A model generated the notes under the pieces. That model ran no database searches. It saw only the letters and a list, made by a program, of their open reading frames with translations, and had not been told where the DNA came from. DNA of 64,000 nucleotides, from assembly GCF_963921235.1 (NCBI RefSeq), contig NC_086107.1:109494001-109558000 (forward strand). The letters are read 5' to 3'. Positions 1 through 13,464 of the stretch are shown piece after piece (position 1 is the stretch's first letter; the number at the start of each line of letters is the position of its first letter). The DNA comes from Mobula hypostoma. Its lineage: Eukaryota. Both the position numbers and the translations under genes were made by a program.

Positions 1-379
1 ATCTCTCTGAGCTTAGTGTCTGCCCCGTGTTCCCGGCATCAGACTTTGGAAAGTGACTCACCGTTCCAGATCGTTCAGACGGCACGTGCCAGCTCTGAGC
101 TCTCTCGCCGGCTTCGTACCCAGCTTGACCAAGTTTTACACAAACACTTTAACCGTTTCATCACTACAGGTGTGCATTCCTAACTCCACAGTAACTATGC
201 ACCGTGCTGAAATATTTCCACTCCAAAACGATGGAGAACTCGGAGGGGGAAGGAACCCATCTTCTTCCCCCTCCACCACCTGATTTCTGAATAAACCCAT
301 AGAGATTACCTCACCATTTTGCACTTAGTGCGCTATGTATTTCATTTTTATATATATTTATTATAAATTATAGAATAGC

Positions 380-815
380 ACCTGACTTATGAAGGAAGAT
401 TGAGTAAGTTAGGACTTCATTCCTTGGAATGTAGAAGATTGAGAGGAGATTTGGTAGAGGTATACAAAATTATGAGGGGTATAGACAGGGTTAATATAAA
501 CAGGCTTTTTCCACTGAGGTTGGGAGGGGCTCCAACCAGAGGCCATGGGTGAAGGGTGAAAGGTGAAAAGTTTAAGGGGAACATGAGGGGAAACTTCACT
601 CAGAGGGTGGTGAGAGTGTGGAACGAGCTGCCAGCACAAGTGGTGTATGCGAGCTCAATTTCAACATTTAAGAGAAGTTTGGATAGGTACATGGATGGTA
701 GGGGTATGTAGGGCTATGGTCCAGGTGCAGGTCGATGGGAGCAGGCGGTTGAAATAGTCCAGCACAGACTAGATGGGCTGAAGGGCCTGTTTCTGTGCTG
801 TATTTTTCTATGACT
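380..815 (+). mobile_element. CR1-type LINE 3' fragment
   Basis: Degenerate LGLHSLECRRLRGDLVEVYKIMRG...FTQRVV motif of the CR1 ORF2 C-terminus, followed by 3'UTR. Confidence 0.8.
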
Positions 816-2579
816 CTACAACCTTATGACCCATTCTGCGCTGTCGGGGCGTCAGGGGTTCAGAGTTCAATCTTGGAGCCCTCCGTAAGGAGTCTCTGTA
901 CGCGGAATGCGTAGGTTTCTTCCGGGTGCTCCAATTTCGTCCCACAGTCCGAAGATATACCGGTTAGGTTAATTGGTCGTTGTAAATTGACCCTTGATTA
1001 GGTTAGGGTTAGATCAGAGTCATTAGGGGTTGCCGGGCAGCATAGTTCAGAGGGACTAAATGGCCTGTTCCGTGCTGTATAACTAAACAACATGAAAATT
1101 ATTTGGTTATTCAGCTGCTGTAAATTGTCCCTACTGTCTGGTGAGTGGTGGAATCTTGGGGGGAGTTAATGGGAATGTGGGGAGAGGCAAATGGGATTAG
1201 TGTAAATGGCAGGTTGGTGGCCAGTAAATACTCGATGGGCAGAAAGGTCTGTTTCCTTGCTGTACCTCATGACTCATCAAATATAAAACATGCCCAATGG
1301 CGCCACACTGTGGCCACTAGTGGTGCAGCAGGTCAAGGATAGACTGAGGATGTGAAATCCCCGTGACCAAGTTGCCTTGTGAAATTTACCGATCCCTGTG
1401 CTCTTCAGGTGAATATCTTGAGCTATTTATGAGGCTGCAAAATGCGCAGTGGAAATAAAGGATTCTTTTTCATCAGCTTCACCTGCCCGCCTAAAATGGA
1501 GAGTAACTTGTCAACGGGTAGAGGCAGGAAAGTTTTGTTTTATTGGTAAGTGAGACTAGAGCTAGGGGACGTAGCCTCAAGATCCAGCGGAGTGGACTTA
1601 GGACAGAGTTAACAGTCATAGATCTGAGGAATTCTCGGCTCCAGGAAACAGTAGAGGCTACTTCATTATGACTCTATGTACATAGATGGTAGGGGTAATT
1701 GAGGGGTATGGTCCCAGTGCAGGTCAATGGGAGTCGGTAGTTTAAATGGTTCAGCACAGACTAGATGGGCTGAAGGGTCTGCTTCTGTGCTGTACTTTCT
1801 GACTATTAAATATCTTTAAAACACAGTCAGAGCGATTCTATAGCGGGGAAATTGAGGATTGGAATTCAATGGTGGAACAGTCTCGATGGGCTGAATGGCC
1901 AGCTCCTGCTCCTAGTTATTATATCCTGATTCCCGTTGCTTTTCTCCAGAACAGCCTCCCAATCTTAAACATGAGAGATTCTGCAGACACTGGAAATCTT
2001 GAGCAACACACACAAGGTTCTGGAGGAGCTCAGAGGGTCAGGAGGCATCCAGAGAGGAGAATAAGCAGTCGACGTTTTGAGCCAAGACCCTGTGTCAGGA
2101 CTCTTTTCACATTTGTACTCCTCCCCGTAGATGCTGCCTGACTCTGCTGACGGGTTCCTCCCAATCTCCCAGCCTTTCCTTTCGCCGCAACCCAACCGGG
2201 AAATCTCAAATTCCCCCAATTCTTTGTAACATTCGGACATGCTGTGGAGGCCGGAATTGTGGGAATGGAGGGAACTCTGAGGGTCGAAGGAGTCTGCAGG
2301 GATAGGGAGGGATGTAAGGCCCACAGGAATTCGCAGAGATGAGGAGGGATGTGAAGGTAGGGGTAGGTTTACAGAGGCGGGCTGCAAAATAAGAGCTGGG
2401 GGTGGTTACTGTAATCGGGATGTAGTAACCTCCATCATGGGAACTAGTCTCCCAGCATCCAGGTCCGTTCATATGTGCCAATTCATATGACGTGGGCAAT
2501 CATCGTCTTTCCATGACCATGACTGCACTTGGCAAACTTTTCTGCAGAAGTGGTTTGTCACTGGGGGCCACTGTGAGTA

Positions 2580-3600
2580 ACAGAGGGAGAGAGAGAGAGA
2601 GAGAGAGTGGGGGGAGAAAGAAATAAAGGGAGGAGAGAGGGAGAGGAAGGGGGAGAGACAGACAGAGGGGGGAGAGATGATAGAGAGAATGAGGGGAAGA
2701 GAAAGAAAAAAGCTGATGAGGGTTATGGAGATAAAGACAGAGGTAAGGCTCAAGAGGTCACAGACATCAGGAGGGCTATAGACCCAGAGGGGCGAACAGA
2801 GTTTAGGGACCAGAGGATGTTTCAGACATAGTTTAGGGGCTGAAGGAGGTTACGAGGTAAGGAGAGTTGTAGGGTGTGGAAGAGGTTATAGGGGTAGGGT
2901 TGGTGTGGGCATTGGAAGGGTTATGGGGATAGAGGGAGTGTGGAAACATGGGGGTTACAAGGAAAGAGAGGGTGTGGGAATGTGCAGGTTACAAGGGTAG
3001 GGAGGGTGTGGGAACATGGGGGTTTACAGGGATAGAGAGTATGTAGGAATGTGGGAGTTTACAGGGATAGAGAGGGTGTGGAAATGGTGGAGGTTACTTA
3101 GATAGGGAGGGTTGTGGGAACTGGAAGGTGTACAAGGATAAGGCAGTGTCTTGTAAAGAAGGCGGCACTTCCGTCGAAAAATTTGCCAAGAATAATCATG
3201 GCCAAAGACCACAATAACCCATATCATGCAACACAGCACATGGTGATGAAAATGACAGGGAGAGCGAGGGGTTTAGAGGAGAGGGAGGGGATTAAGAAGT
3301 GGGGGGGTTATATAGGTGTAGAGATTGATGGGTATTACAGAGATAGGGAGGGGAATAGAGGCCTGGAGGGATAGGATGGGTGTGGGAACTGGAGGGGTAT
3401 AGAGGCTGAGGAGGGAGTTACAGGGATAGGGGTTGGAGAGCGTCACAGGGACAGAGAGGAGTATAGAGCCTGGGGAGGGGTTATAGGGATCGAGAAAGCT
3501 GAGGAAATTGGAGGGGGTAATGGTGAGGTTGTTGGGGTGCTATGGGTGACAAAGGTGACCCAGGAGAGGGAGTGGAACATGGAGGACAGGTTGGGAGGGA
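2580..3600 (+). repeat. Purine-rich low-complexity/degenerate tandem region in the TMEM86 intron
   Basis: (GA)n tract followed by recurring GGTTACAGGGATAGGGAGGGTGTGGGAA-like units. Confidence 0.7.
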
Positions 3601-3649
3601 GTGACTCTCCAGGCTGTGACGGTGTCTCTCTCACCATCTTGCTTTGCAG

Positions 3650-4077
3650 GCGTGCTGGCGTTCGGCATCGGACACGTCTTCTACATCGCGGCGCTGGGCT
3701 TGCGGCCGCTGCGGCCTGGCATAGCCCTGCTGCTCCTGCTGCTGGGCGCCGGCCTGTATGGCGCCATCTACCCGTGCCTGGACACCGGCACCCTCTACGC
3801 CCTGGGCGGCTACAGCGTGGCGCTGGTGCTGATGAGCTGGCGCGCCCTCGCCCGGGCCCGCTGCTCGGGGTACCAGCGAAGCTGGGGCGCCCTGAGCGTG
3901 GCGGTCGGCGCCGTCATCTTCATCATCTCCGACTTCGTGCTGGCTGTAGACCGGTTCTGTGTCCCCCTGCCCCATTCCCGCTTCACCGTCATGTCCACGT
4001 ACTATCTGGCACAGATGCTCATCTCCTTCTCAGTACTTGACCACCCTGACCATGACAGCCTGTGGAAGAGACATTAG
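3650..4077 (+). CDS. TMEM86B: Terminal coding exon of TMEM86/YhhN-family lysoplasmalogenase (upstream exons not found in window)
   Basis: Acceptor catcttgctttgcag|G at 3649/3650, GC-rich codons, stop TAG 4075-4077. Translation GVLAFGIGHVFY...MSWRAL...GAVIFIISDFVLAVDRFCVPLPH...MSTYYLAQMLI has the TMEM86 SD and YYxAQ motifs. PLRPG, SDFVLA and PLPH look closer to TMEM86B than TMEM86A from memory, so the paralog call is less certain than the family call. Confidence 0.88.
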
Positions 4078-4810
4078 AGATGTTACTATGACTAGACTAC
4101 TGGCTGCCGATCAGAATGAGTAATATTAATTAAACCTTCATACATAGACCTCTCTCTCTCTTTCTTTGTGGGTCTTCGTACTATAGTACAACACCGAAAC
4201 AACTTTATAAAACCCTGGATGGACCACACTTGGAGTATCGTGTTCATTTCCGACCGCCTCATTATAGGAAGGATGTGGAAGCTTTAGAGAGGGTGCAGGG
4301 GAGATTTCCTCCAAGAGGGCCACAACCTCGTCGTAGGGTTTGGAGGCTTGTGTACCTCAATGACCTGGAGAGCGACGTTGGCTGGAGTCGGGGGCTCGTG
4401 GTAGGGTCACCCATAACAAATAGGTCAAAGGGTAGAGGCCAGACAAAGAGTGGTCCAGATTTGGAGGATCAGCTCAGGGCCAACAACCCTGACCAGTCAA
4501 ACAAGGCTGTTTCGGAAACAGCAATGAAGAGTCCTTCTACACCTGAGTGGCTGTGGATAGAGATGGAGGACCTTCATTGTTGCCCTAAGATCCGGCAGCA
4601 TAGCGAGCGGTGAGTAAGCAAGGAAGAGGTTTACCAGGAGGCTGGCCTGGACTAGAGAGCATGTCTTATGCGGATCGGCTGAGCGAGCTAGGCGTCTTCT
4701 CTTTGGAGCAAAGGAGGTGACCTGATAGAGGAGTACAAGACGTTAAAAGGGCAGAAAAAGGGGGCAAAATCTTAAGGTAATCAGAGGAAAATATAAGGAG
4801 TTGTGAAAGG

Positions 4811-5025
4811 TGAAGCACCTTCAATAACTCCAAAAGACTGAAGTAGGGTAAATACTGAAAGGCTTTTATTCACTGTACAATACGACCTCCATGCTGAGTG
4901 TCTGCCCCCTGACTGAGGGGGCGGAGCAGGGCGAAATCACCTTTATTCAGGGGTCTGTGGGAGGAGCCACAGGGGCATGTCCAGACAGGTAACCCAGTTA
5001 CAACATATATATATGGTTTACCACA
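4811..5025 (-). mobile_element. Probable solo LTR (~215 bp) inserted in a CR1 fragment
   Basis: TG...CA termini, TATA-like and AATAAA motifs on the minus strand, flanks AAAGG/AGAGG (near 5-bp TSD). CR1 sequence resumes on both sides. Confidence 0.5.
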
Positions 5026-6669
5026 AGAGGTAAGATTTTTTTTTACACAGAGCGCGGCGGGTGCAAGGAACTACCCGGGATAATAGTGGAGTCAGATACG
5101 TTAGGGGTATTTAAGAAACTTGCACATCGATGACGGAAAAATGGAGGGCTATGTGAGAAGGAAGTGTTAGAACCCAATCTTTTTTATGCCATGGACCAAT
5201 GCCATTGAGCAGGGGAGCTGTGAACCCCAGGTTGGGAACTCCTGTGTTTGGTAGATCTTAGAGTAGCTTACAAGATCTGTGTACTTTAGTCATCGCCTCC
5301 TAAACACTTCTCAATAAGATGGTGAATTTATAAGAACCCAACATGATCTTTATTAACTGAAAAATGGCCTACATAAGTCAAAGTATCGAGTGCAGCTGTT
5401 GGGATGTTCGCTTGTGTGAGACCTTGGTGAGGCCAAGTTTGGAGTAAGGTCTGAGGTTCTGGTCACCAACCTACAGCAAAGATTGAGAAAAATTACAAGC
5501 ATGTTGCCAGGACCTGAGGACTGAGTTATAGGGAAAGGTTGAACAGGTTAGGACTTTATTCTCTAGAGCGTAGGAGAATGAGGGAGATTAATAGAGGTGT
5601 ACAAAATGCTTCTCATAATCTTCTATATCTCCATCAACTCACTCCTCACCCTCCTTCCCTCCAGGAGAACCAAGCTCAGGTTGTATGATCTCTTCCTATA
5701 ATTAAATTCCTTCAGAGTCAGCTTCACTTCTTTATCGCATGCACATCGAAGCAGTCGTTTGCGTTAACAACCAACACAACCTGAGTGGGTGCCGGGGGCG
5801 GACTGTGAGGGTCGCCACACGTTCTGGCGCGCAGACGTTGCCTACCCACCGTGTGCACAGAACAACACACAAGCGACAGTGCCAGCAGGACAACAGTAAC
5901 AAAACAAACATCAAAGTTGCTGGTGAACGCAGCAGGCCAGGCAGCATCTCTAGGAGGAGGTACAGTCGACGTTTTAGGCCGAGACCCTTCTTCGCACTCT
6001 CTCTACGATACTCCTTAACCGGGGCTAGGTCTTAGAATGTATGTCCCAACCTATGAAGGCAAACATGCCATATGCTATCTTCACCACCCTATCAACCTGT
6101 GCCTACCCTGAAAATATTTAAATCTTCTCTTTGCCGGGGGTTCAATGAGACCATCTGTCACTGCACCCCATCTGTGATCTCTGCTGCCCTCCAATTCCTC
6201 GACCACGCGCTCACGCAATCTCCCCACCACAGCCACGTGTATCTATCACCTGCCAGCTCGTACTCCTTCCCCTCCTCTCCCCGTCTTCCTGTCCTGACTT
6301 CCTCCTCCTCCTTCTTTTCCAGTCCTGACGAAGCGCCTCGCCCTGAAACGTCGACTCTTTATTCCTTCTCCACAGGTGCTGCCTGACCTGCTGAGTCCTC
6401 CAGCATCTTGTGTGCATTTACCAGGATGGCGCTTGGATTAGCGAGCATGTCTTATGAGGGAAAGTTGAGCGAGCTAGGGATTTTCTCTTCGCAGTGAAGG
6501 AGGATGAAAGGAGTCTTGATAGAGATGTACAAGATGATAAGAGACAATGGCTACTATGGAAATGGCTAATACTAGGGGCATAACTTTAAGGTGATTGGAG
6601 GAAAATATAGGGGGGACGTCGTAAATATTTTTTACACACAGAGTGGTGGGCACTTCGGTCCATCTTTTT

Positions 6670-6980
6670 TAGGCATCTGTTAGTCTTGTGAGACCATGGA
6701 TCTGCGCCTGGAAAGTCTTCACTCTCCAGGGCGCAGGCCTGGGCAAGGTTGTATGGAAGACCAGCAGTTGCCCATGCTGCAAGTCTCCCCTCTCCACGAC
6801 ACCGATGTTGCCCAAGGGAAGGGCATGAGGACCCATACAGCTTGGCACCAGTGTCATCGCAGAGCACTGTGTGATTAAGTGCCTTGCTCAAGGACACAAC
6901 AGGTTCCCTCAGCTGGGGCTCGAACTCACAACCTTCAGGTCGCTAGTTGAATGCCTTAACCACTTGGCCACGTGCCCACA
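6670..6980 (-). mobile_element. tRNA-derived SINE, family A (~310 bp)
   Basis: Reverse complement of GTGGGCACGTGGCCAAGTGGTTAAGGC...GAGTTCGAGCCCC (A/B boxes); near-identical to copies at 11820, 20986 and 52322. Confidence 0.8.
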
Positions 6981-6989
6981 CGGTCCATC

Positions 6990-8070
6990 TACTCCATGCT
7001 GAACTAATAACCTGCCTACTCCCATTAACATCCACCCAGACTATAGCCCTCCAAATCCCTTCCATTCATGTACCTATCAAACTTCTCTTAAACGCTGAAA
7101 CCGAACTCACATCCACCATTTCCACTGGCAGTTCGTTCCTCACTCTCACCACTCTCTGAGCGAAGAAATTGCCCCTCATGTTTCCCCTTAAACATTTCAC
7201 CTTTCACACTTAACCCATGACCTCCAGTTCTAGTCTCACCCAAGCTCCGTGGGAAGAGCCTGCCTGCATTTGCCCAATCTATACCCCTCATAGTTATGTA
7301 TACTTCTATCAAATCTCTCAATATTGAACATTCTGAGGAATGAAGTCCGAACCTATTCAATCTTTCTTTATAGCTCAGATCCTCAAGTCCTGGCAACATC
7401 CTTGTAAATTTTCTCTGCTTTCTTTCAACCTTATTGACATTTTCCCTCTAGATAGGTGACCAAAACTGTACATAATACTCCAGAGTAGATCTTACCAATG
7501 TCTTATACAACCTCAACATAACATCTCAACTCCTGTACGCAGTACTTTGATTTGTGAAGGCCAATGTGCCAAAAGCTCTTTTTACGATCCTATCTAACTT
7601 TAATGCCACTTTCAAGGAATTATGGATCTGTATTCACAGGTCCCTTTGTTCTACTGCACTCCTCAGTGCCCTACCACTTACCATGTAAATCCTATCCCCG
7701 TTGGTCCTCCCAAGGAGCAACACCTCACAACTGTCTGCAGTAGATTCCATCTGCCATTTTCCCATCTAGTCCAGATTCCTCTGCAACCTCTGATAGTCTT
7801 CCCCGTCGTCCACTGCACCCCCAATCTTGGTGCTATCTGCAGATTTGCTGATCTAGTTAACCACATTATCATCCAGATTAGTGATTATAGATGACCAACA
7901 ACAACGGACCCAGCACCAATCCCTGTGGCACTCCACTAGTCACTGGCCTCCAGTCAGAGAGGTAATCAGCTACTACCACTCTCTGGCCTCTTCCACGAAG
8001 CCAATGTCTAATCCAATTTACCACCTCATCTTGAATGCCGAGCGACTGAACCTTCTTGGCCAGCCTCCCA
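6990..8070 (-). mobile_element. CR1-type LINE, degenerate RT-to-3' fragment
   Basis: Minus-strand translations VTSGVPQGLVLGPLL and YKERLNRFGLHS...RDLIEVY. Confidence 0.85.
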
Positions 8071-8336
8071 TACGGGACATTCCCCTCCTCCATTCCTCAG
8101 TTGGTAACATTCATTTTTCTCAAAGCTCACTCATTTTTCATTCTGGCTTCTTCCCCTTTGCTTCTCAGTCCTGAAGAAGGGTCTTGGCCCCAGACGTCGA
8201 CTGTTTACTCATTTCCGCAAATGCTGCCTGACCTGCTGAGATCTTCCTGCATTTTGTACGTGCTGCTTTGGCGTTCCAGCATCTGCAGAATCTCTTGTGT
8301 TTCTCACTTTTCCCCTTTTTAAATGTAATTGACCAT

Positions 8337-8352
8337 CCACCAGGGGGCAGTG
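8337..8352 (+). promoter_or_regulatory. CTCF consensus motif
   Basis: CCACCAGGGGGCAGTG matches the CTCF core CCASYAGRKGGCRS; motif only, binding untested. Confidence 0.5.
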
Positions 8353-8839
8353 TCTGAGTGGCACCACCCTTTCAGGACTGCAGGCTACCTCAATAAAGCA
8401 TGAGTTCCCAATCTTTTTTAGTCATAGTCATACTTTATTGATCCCGGGGGAGATTGGTTTTCGTTACAGTTGCACCCCAAGGACCATGGACTGTAATATA
8501 TGCCATGGACCCCCTCTCTAGGATATTCCCTCTCCTCATTGCTACCACTAGGGAGGGTATACAGGATCCTGTAGCTCAACAATCAGAAACAGTGTCTTCC
8601 TCCCTGCCATCAGATCTCTGAATGGTCCATGAACCCATAGACACTACCTCATTGCTCCTTTCTTTGCCCTAAGTATTCTTACAATAATTTTGTGTAATGG
8701 CTGCTGCAAAACTCCAGATTCACGTCACATGCACCAGATTCTAATTCTGCCCAACAAGAGGGAGAAGAAGACAGAATGACCAGGGTAGGAACGGTTCTGT
8801 TGGCGGGGAGAGGGGGGGGGGCAGCCATACAGAACCACT

Positions 8840-8854
8840 CCAGCAGGGGGCAGT
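8840..8854 (+). promoter_or_regulatory. CTCF consensus motif
   Basis: CCAGCAGGGGGCAGT, same orientation as the 8337 site; motif only. Confidence 0.5.
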
Positions 8855-9153
8855 ACTGCAGCTGCCTGCTGAATTTAGATGAACTTGTAAGTATCTGAGG
8901 TGAGGTGGTGTCACAGGCAAGTTGAAACCTCTGCATTTACTTTTAACCTATAGAGTGGTTCAGCACAGGCCTTTCGGCCTACTGACTCTGTACTAGCCAT
9001 TAACCGCTGATTTACACTACTCCTACAATAATCCCACTTTGTTCTCTTCAAATTCCAGAAGGGGATGAGAGTTCCTTTTTATTTGTCACTTGTACACTGC
9101 AATTTGCAGTGAAGAGCGTCGATTTGCATCAATGACCAACAGGGCCTGAGGGT

Positions 9154-10130
9154 TTACAATATACATTAATGATTTAGATGAAGGGATTAAAAGTAACATT
9201 AGCAAATTTGCAGATGACACAAAGCTGGGCGGCATTGTGAAATGTGCGGAGGATGTTATGAGAATGCAGGGTGACTTGGACAGGTTGGGTGAGTGGGCAG
9301 ATGCATGGCAGATGCAGTTTAATGTGGATAAATGTGAGGTTATCCACTTTGGTGGGAAGAACAGGAAGGCAGATTACTATCTGAATGGTGTCAAGTTAGG
9401 AAAAGGGGAAGTACTACGAGATCTAGGTGTCCTTGTTCATCAGCCATTGAAAGTAAGCATGCAGGTACAGCAGGCAGTGAAGAAAGCTAATGGCATGCTG
9501 GCCTTCATAACAAGGGGAGTTGAGTATAGGAGCAAAGAGGTCCTTCTGCAGCTGTACAGGGCCCTGGTGAGACCACATCCGGAGTATTGTGTACAGTTTT
9601 GGTCTCCAAATTTGAGGAAGGACATTCTTGCTATTGAGGGAGTGCAGCGTAGGTTCACAAGGTTAATTCCTGGGATGGCGGGACTGTCATATGTTGAAAG
9701 ATTGGAGCGACTGGGGTTGTATACACTGGAATTTAGAAGGATGAGAGGGGATCTGATTGAAACATATAAGATTATTAAGGGATTGGACACGCTAGAGGCA
9801 GGAAACATGTTCCAGATGTTGGGGGAGTCCAGAACCAGAGGCCACAGTTTAAGAATGAGGGGTAGACCATTTAGAACGGAGTTGAGGAAAAACTTTTTCA
9901 CACAGAGGGTTGTGGTTCTGTGGAATGCTCTGCCTCAGAAGGCAGTGGAGGTCAATTCTCTGGATTCTTTCAAGAAAGAGTTAGATAGAGCTCTTAAAGA
10001 TAACGGAGTGAAGGGATATGGGGAGAAGGCAGGAACAGGGTACTGATTGTGGATGATCAACCATGATCACAGTGAATGACGGTGCTGGCTCAAAGGGCTG
10101 AATGGCCTACTCCTGCACCTATTGTCTATT
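9154..10130 (+). mobile_element. Young 5'-truncated CR1 LINE (open RT C-terminus)
   Basis: FADDTK, LYRALVRPHPEYCVQFWSP, RRMRGDLIETYKI; uninterrupted frame to 10046; tail cctattgtctattg. Confidence 0.92.
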
Positions 10131-11819
10131 GACTGTGCTGGGGGGGAGGGGAGGCAGCCCGTAAGTGTCGCCACACTTCTGGCACCAACGTAGCATGCCT
10201 GCAACTCGCTGACCTTCACCACACTTCCTTTGGAATGTGGGAGGAAACCAGAGTACCCAGAGGAAACCCACCCAGCCACGGGGGAGAAAGTACAAACTCC
10301 TTACAGGCAGGGGTACGATTCAAATCCCGATTACTGGTGCTGTAAAGTGATTGTGCAAACCACTACACTACATCCATTCGGCCCATCGGATCAGCTTCGC
10401 CATTCAATCTTGGCAGATTTCTTTCAACTCCATTCTCCCCCTAAACCTTAACCCTCTTATCAATCAATAATCTATCAGTCACAGCCTTAAATATACCAAA
10501 TCACTCAGCCCCCTCAGCCGTCTGTAGCAGTGAATTTCACAGATTCATCACAATCTGGCTAAAGAAATTCCTCCTTATCTCTGTTCTAAAGGGAGATCCA
10601 TCTCTTCTGAAGTTGTGCCCACAAACACCCACCACTCTCAGTGTAAAATACTTCCCTTTAAATTTTCGCACTTTCAAAGTTTCAAAGTACATTTATTATC
10701 AAAGTGTGCATGCAGTATACAACCCTGAGATTCTTCTTCTCCAGACAGCCACGAAACAAAGAAAACCATGGAACCCGTTCAAAAAAAAATCAACCCCCCC
10801 CACGTGCAAAAAAAAAACAAATCACGCAAACTGCAACGAAAAGCAAGGAGCAAAAAACACAGAATATAAAATACAAAATCAAAAAAGTCCAGGTGTATTT
10901 AGTTCAACTCAATTCATTATCTGGATCAAAATCACTATCCACTAACAGCATTGAGGGAGAGAGAGAGACCAACACACCCAGGCACCCTCCTCTGGCAGCA
11001 ACGAGCAAGAGGCTGGGAGAGGGCTCTGAGCTTTCGCTCACCTTCTGCACCCGCCTGGATTATTTTAATCTTCCTCAGCAGTTTAATCGGTGAGAAATGG
11101 AATCGACCATGGGCTCGTGCTTCGTCTCCAGGCTTGGTGGCCTCAAGGCCAAAGATTTCGCTTGAAACCTGACGGAACCCTCTTGGAGAGGGCAGAGCAT
11201 CTGATCACTCAACCGGCCCAAAAACGCACCGCCAAAATGTAGATCACAGGCTCCAACAGTAGTCGAACCACACTTGAAAGAAAAAGAAGACGTGAAAGAA
11301 GTGAAAGAAGTAGTTTTATGAACCATCTGGAGGATGTCGCCCCTGGTCGCGTTGTTTGCTGGCGTCATCTTCTACCTTAAACCTTTGCTTTCTGGTGTTT
11401 TACATTTCCACCCCTTGTGGAAGAGATTCTGACAATCTATTCCTTTCCTAACGTGCACGGGGCTTGTTCAGATATGAAACAAAAACAGCTTCCATTTACT
11501 TAAAACAAGAGTTTCTGTAAATGCTGGAACTCCAGGGTAACACACACACACAGAATGCTGGAGAAACTCAGCAGATCAGGCAGCATCTACGTACAAGGAG
11601 CGTTGTCACACAAAAGCAGCATCCATCATCAAGGTCCCCCACCATCCAGGTCCTGCTCTCGTCTCACTGCTGCCATTGGGCAGGGGGTACTGGAGCCTCA
11701 GGACCCACCCCACCAGGTTCAGGAACAGTTATTACCCCTCAACCATCAGGCACCTAAACCAACGTAGATAACTTCACTCATCTCAACCCTGAACGGATTC
11801 CCCAATCTGTAGGCTTGCT

Positions 11820-12128
11820 GTGGGCACGTGGCCAAGTGGTTAAGGCTTTGGACTAGCAACCTGAAGGTCGTGAGTTCGAGCCCCAGCCGAGGCAACATGT
11901 TGTGTCCTTGAGCAAGGCACTTAATCACACATTGCTCTGCGACAACACCGGTGCCAAGCTGTATGGGTCCTAATGCCCTTCCCTTGGACAACATCGGTGT
12001 CGTGGAGAGGGGAGACTTGCAGCATGGGCAACTGCTGGTCTTCCATACAACCTTGCCCAGGCCTGCGCCCTGGAGAGTGAAGACTTTCCAGGCACAGATC
12101 CATGGTCTCGCATGACTAACGGATGTCT
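11820..12128 (+). mobile_element. tRNA-derived SINE, family A
   Basis: A-box TGGCCAAGTGG, B-box GTTCGAGCC; body shared with the other three copies. Confidence 0.8.
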
Positions 12129-13464
12129 TTAATAGGCTCGATTTCAAGGACTCTACAACTCATGTTCTCAATATTATTTATTTATTTTGTACTTAACACC
12201 GTTTGCCTTTGTTTGCTGGCTGGTTGTCAGTCTTTGCTTGTGTGCAGAAGTTAACTGATCCTATTATATTTCTTTATATCTACTATGAAAACCTGCAAGA
12301 AAATGAATTTCAGGGTAGTATATGGTGCCATATACACGGTGCTGTCCATCGTGTCTGACAATGACAGGAAACCTGTGCGGGAGAGTATTTAAACTGGAAA
12401 AGCTGTTCCACCCTCTTGACCTCAGAAGTCCGGGTCCAGTGGTACGAACAAGTGTCAGAAACTGGGGTCTTCCTTGATTGCAATGGATGACCATGATGTC
12501 TTCTGTGCCTTTGCTCTCTGTGGAGGGTTGCAGAACCGCAATGGATCTCACTGTAGATCTCATCTGCCCAGTTCGGGCAGAGATGACTTTGCATTCTAGG
12601 ACAGGCTTGTCCCTATCTCACCGGGGTACGAGGCTGCCAGCTGCCCTCACCTGGTTTAGCCCACCTGTTCAGGCAGTGTGCACACGTGAACTTTGATTAT
12701 AAGTTTTATTTTAAACTTTGAACTTTGAATAAACAGAGGACGCCGTGGGCCAATGCTACACAGCAACTTTACACAGTGAAGCAGCACAAGGTACTTCCCA
12801 GTTGAACAATTGAAGGAAGTTTTCGAGTCTCAATATAGATTGTGGGTTTCCTCTGCGCCCTCTCAGTGACCTTCACATCCTTCCTAAAGTGACCTGAACT
12901 GGTCAAAATACTCCGGTAGCTACTGAAGACTTTGCTCCGTACAAGTTGAATATAAACCTCCCACCCACATTCTGGGCAGGGCACTCCTTCTTCATAATGT
13001 AGGTGGGAGGGTCAGCAAGTTCGCGGGTGATACCAAAATTGGTGGAGCTGTGGATAGTGTAGAAAACTGGCAAAGGACACAGCAAGATATCAATCAGTCG
13101 CAGATGTGGGCAGAAAAATGGCAGATGGAGTTTAAGCCAAATAAATGTGAGGTGTTGCACCCTGGTAGGGCGAACGCAAGGAGACAGTACACTGTTAAGA
13201 GCAAGATCCTAAACAGTGTTGCTGAGCAAAGAGATCTTGGGATCCAAATTCATAGCCCCTGGAATTGGCTATACGGGTCGATGAGGCTTACGAAATGCTC
13301 GTTTTTATTAGTCAAGGCATTGAGTTCAAAACTCAGAAGGTTACGTTGCAACTTTATAAAACTCTGGTTAGGCCACACCTGGAGTATTGCTTACAGTTCT
13401 GGTCACCCCACTGTAGGAAGGACGTTGAGGCTTTGGAGAGGCTGCAGAAGAGGTTTACCAGGAT

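Noticed and set aside
3601..3649. N-terminal part of the 158-aa ORF as a gene start
   Set aside because: The GTG start lies in the intron's acceptor region; homology begins at 3650.
11820..11890. tRNA gene
   Set aside because: The tRNA-like head continues into a shared ~240-bp body in four copies, some with TSDs: a SINE.
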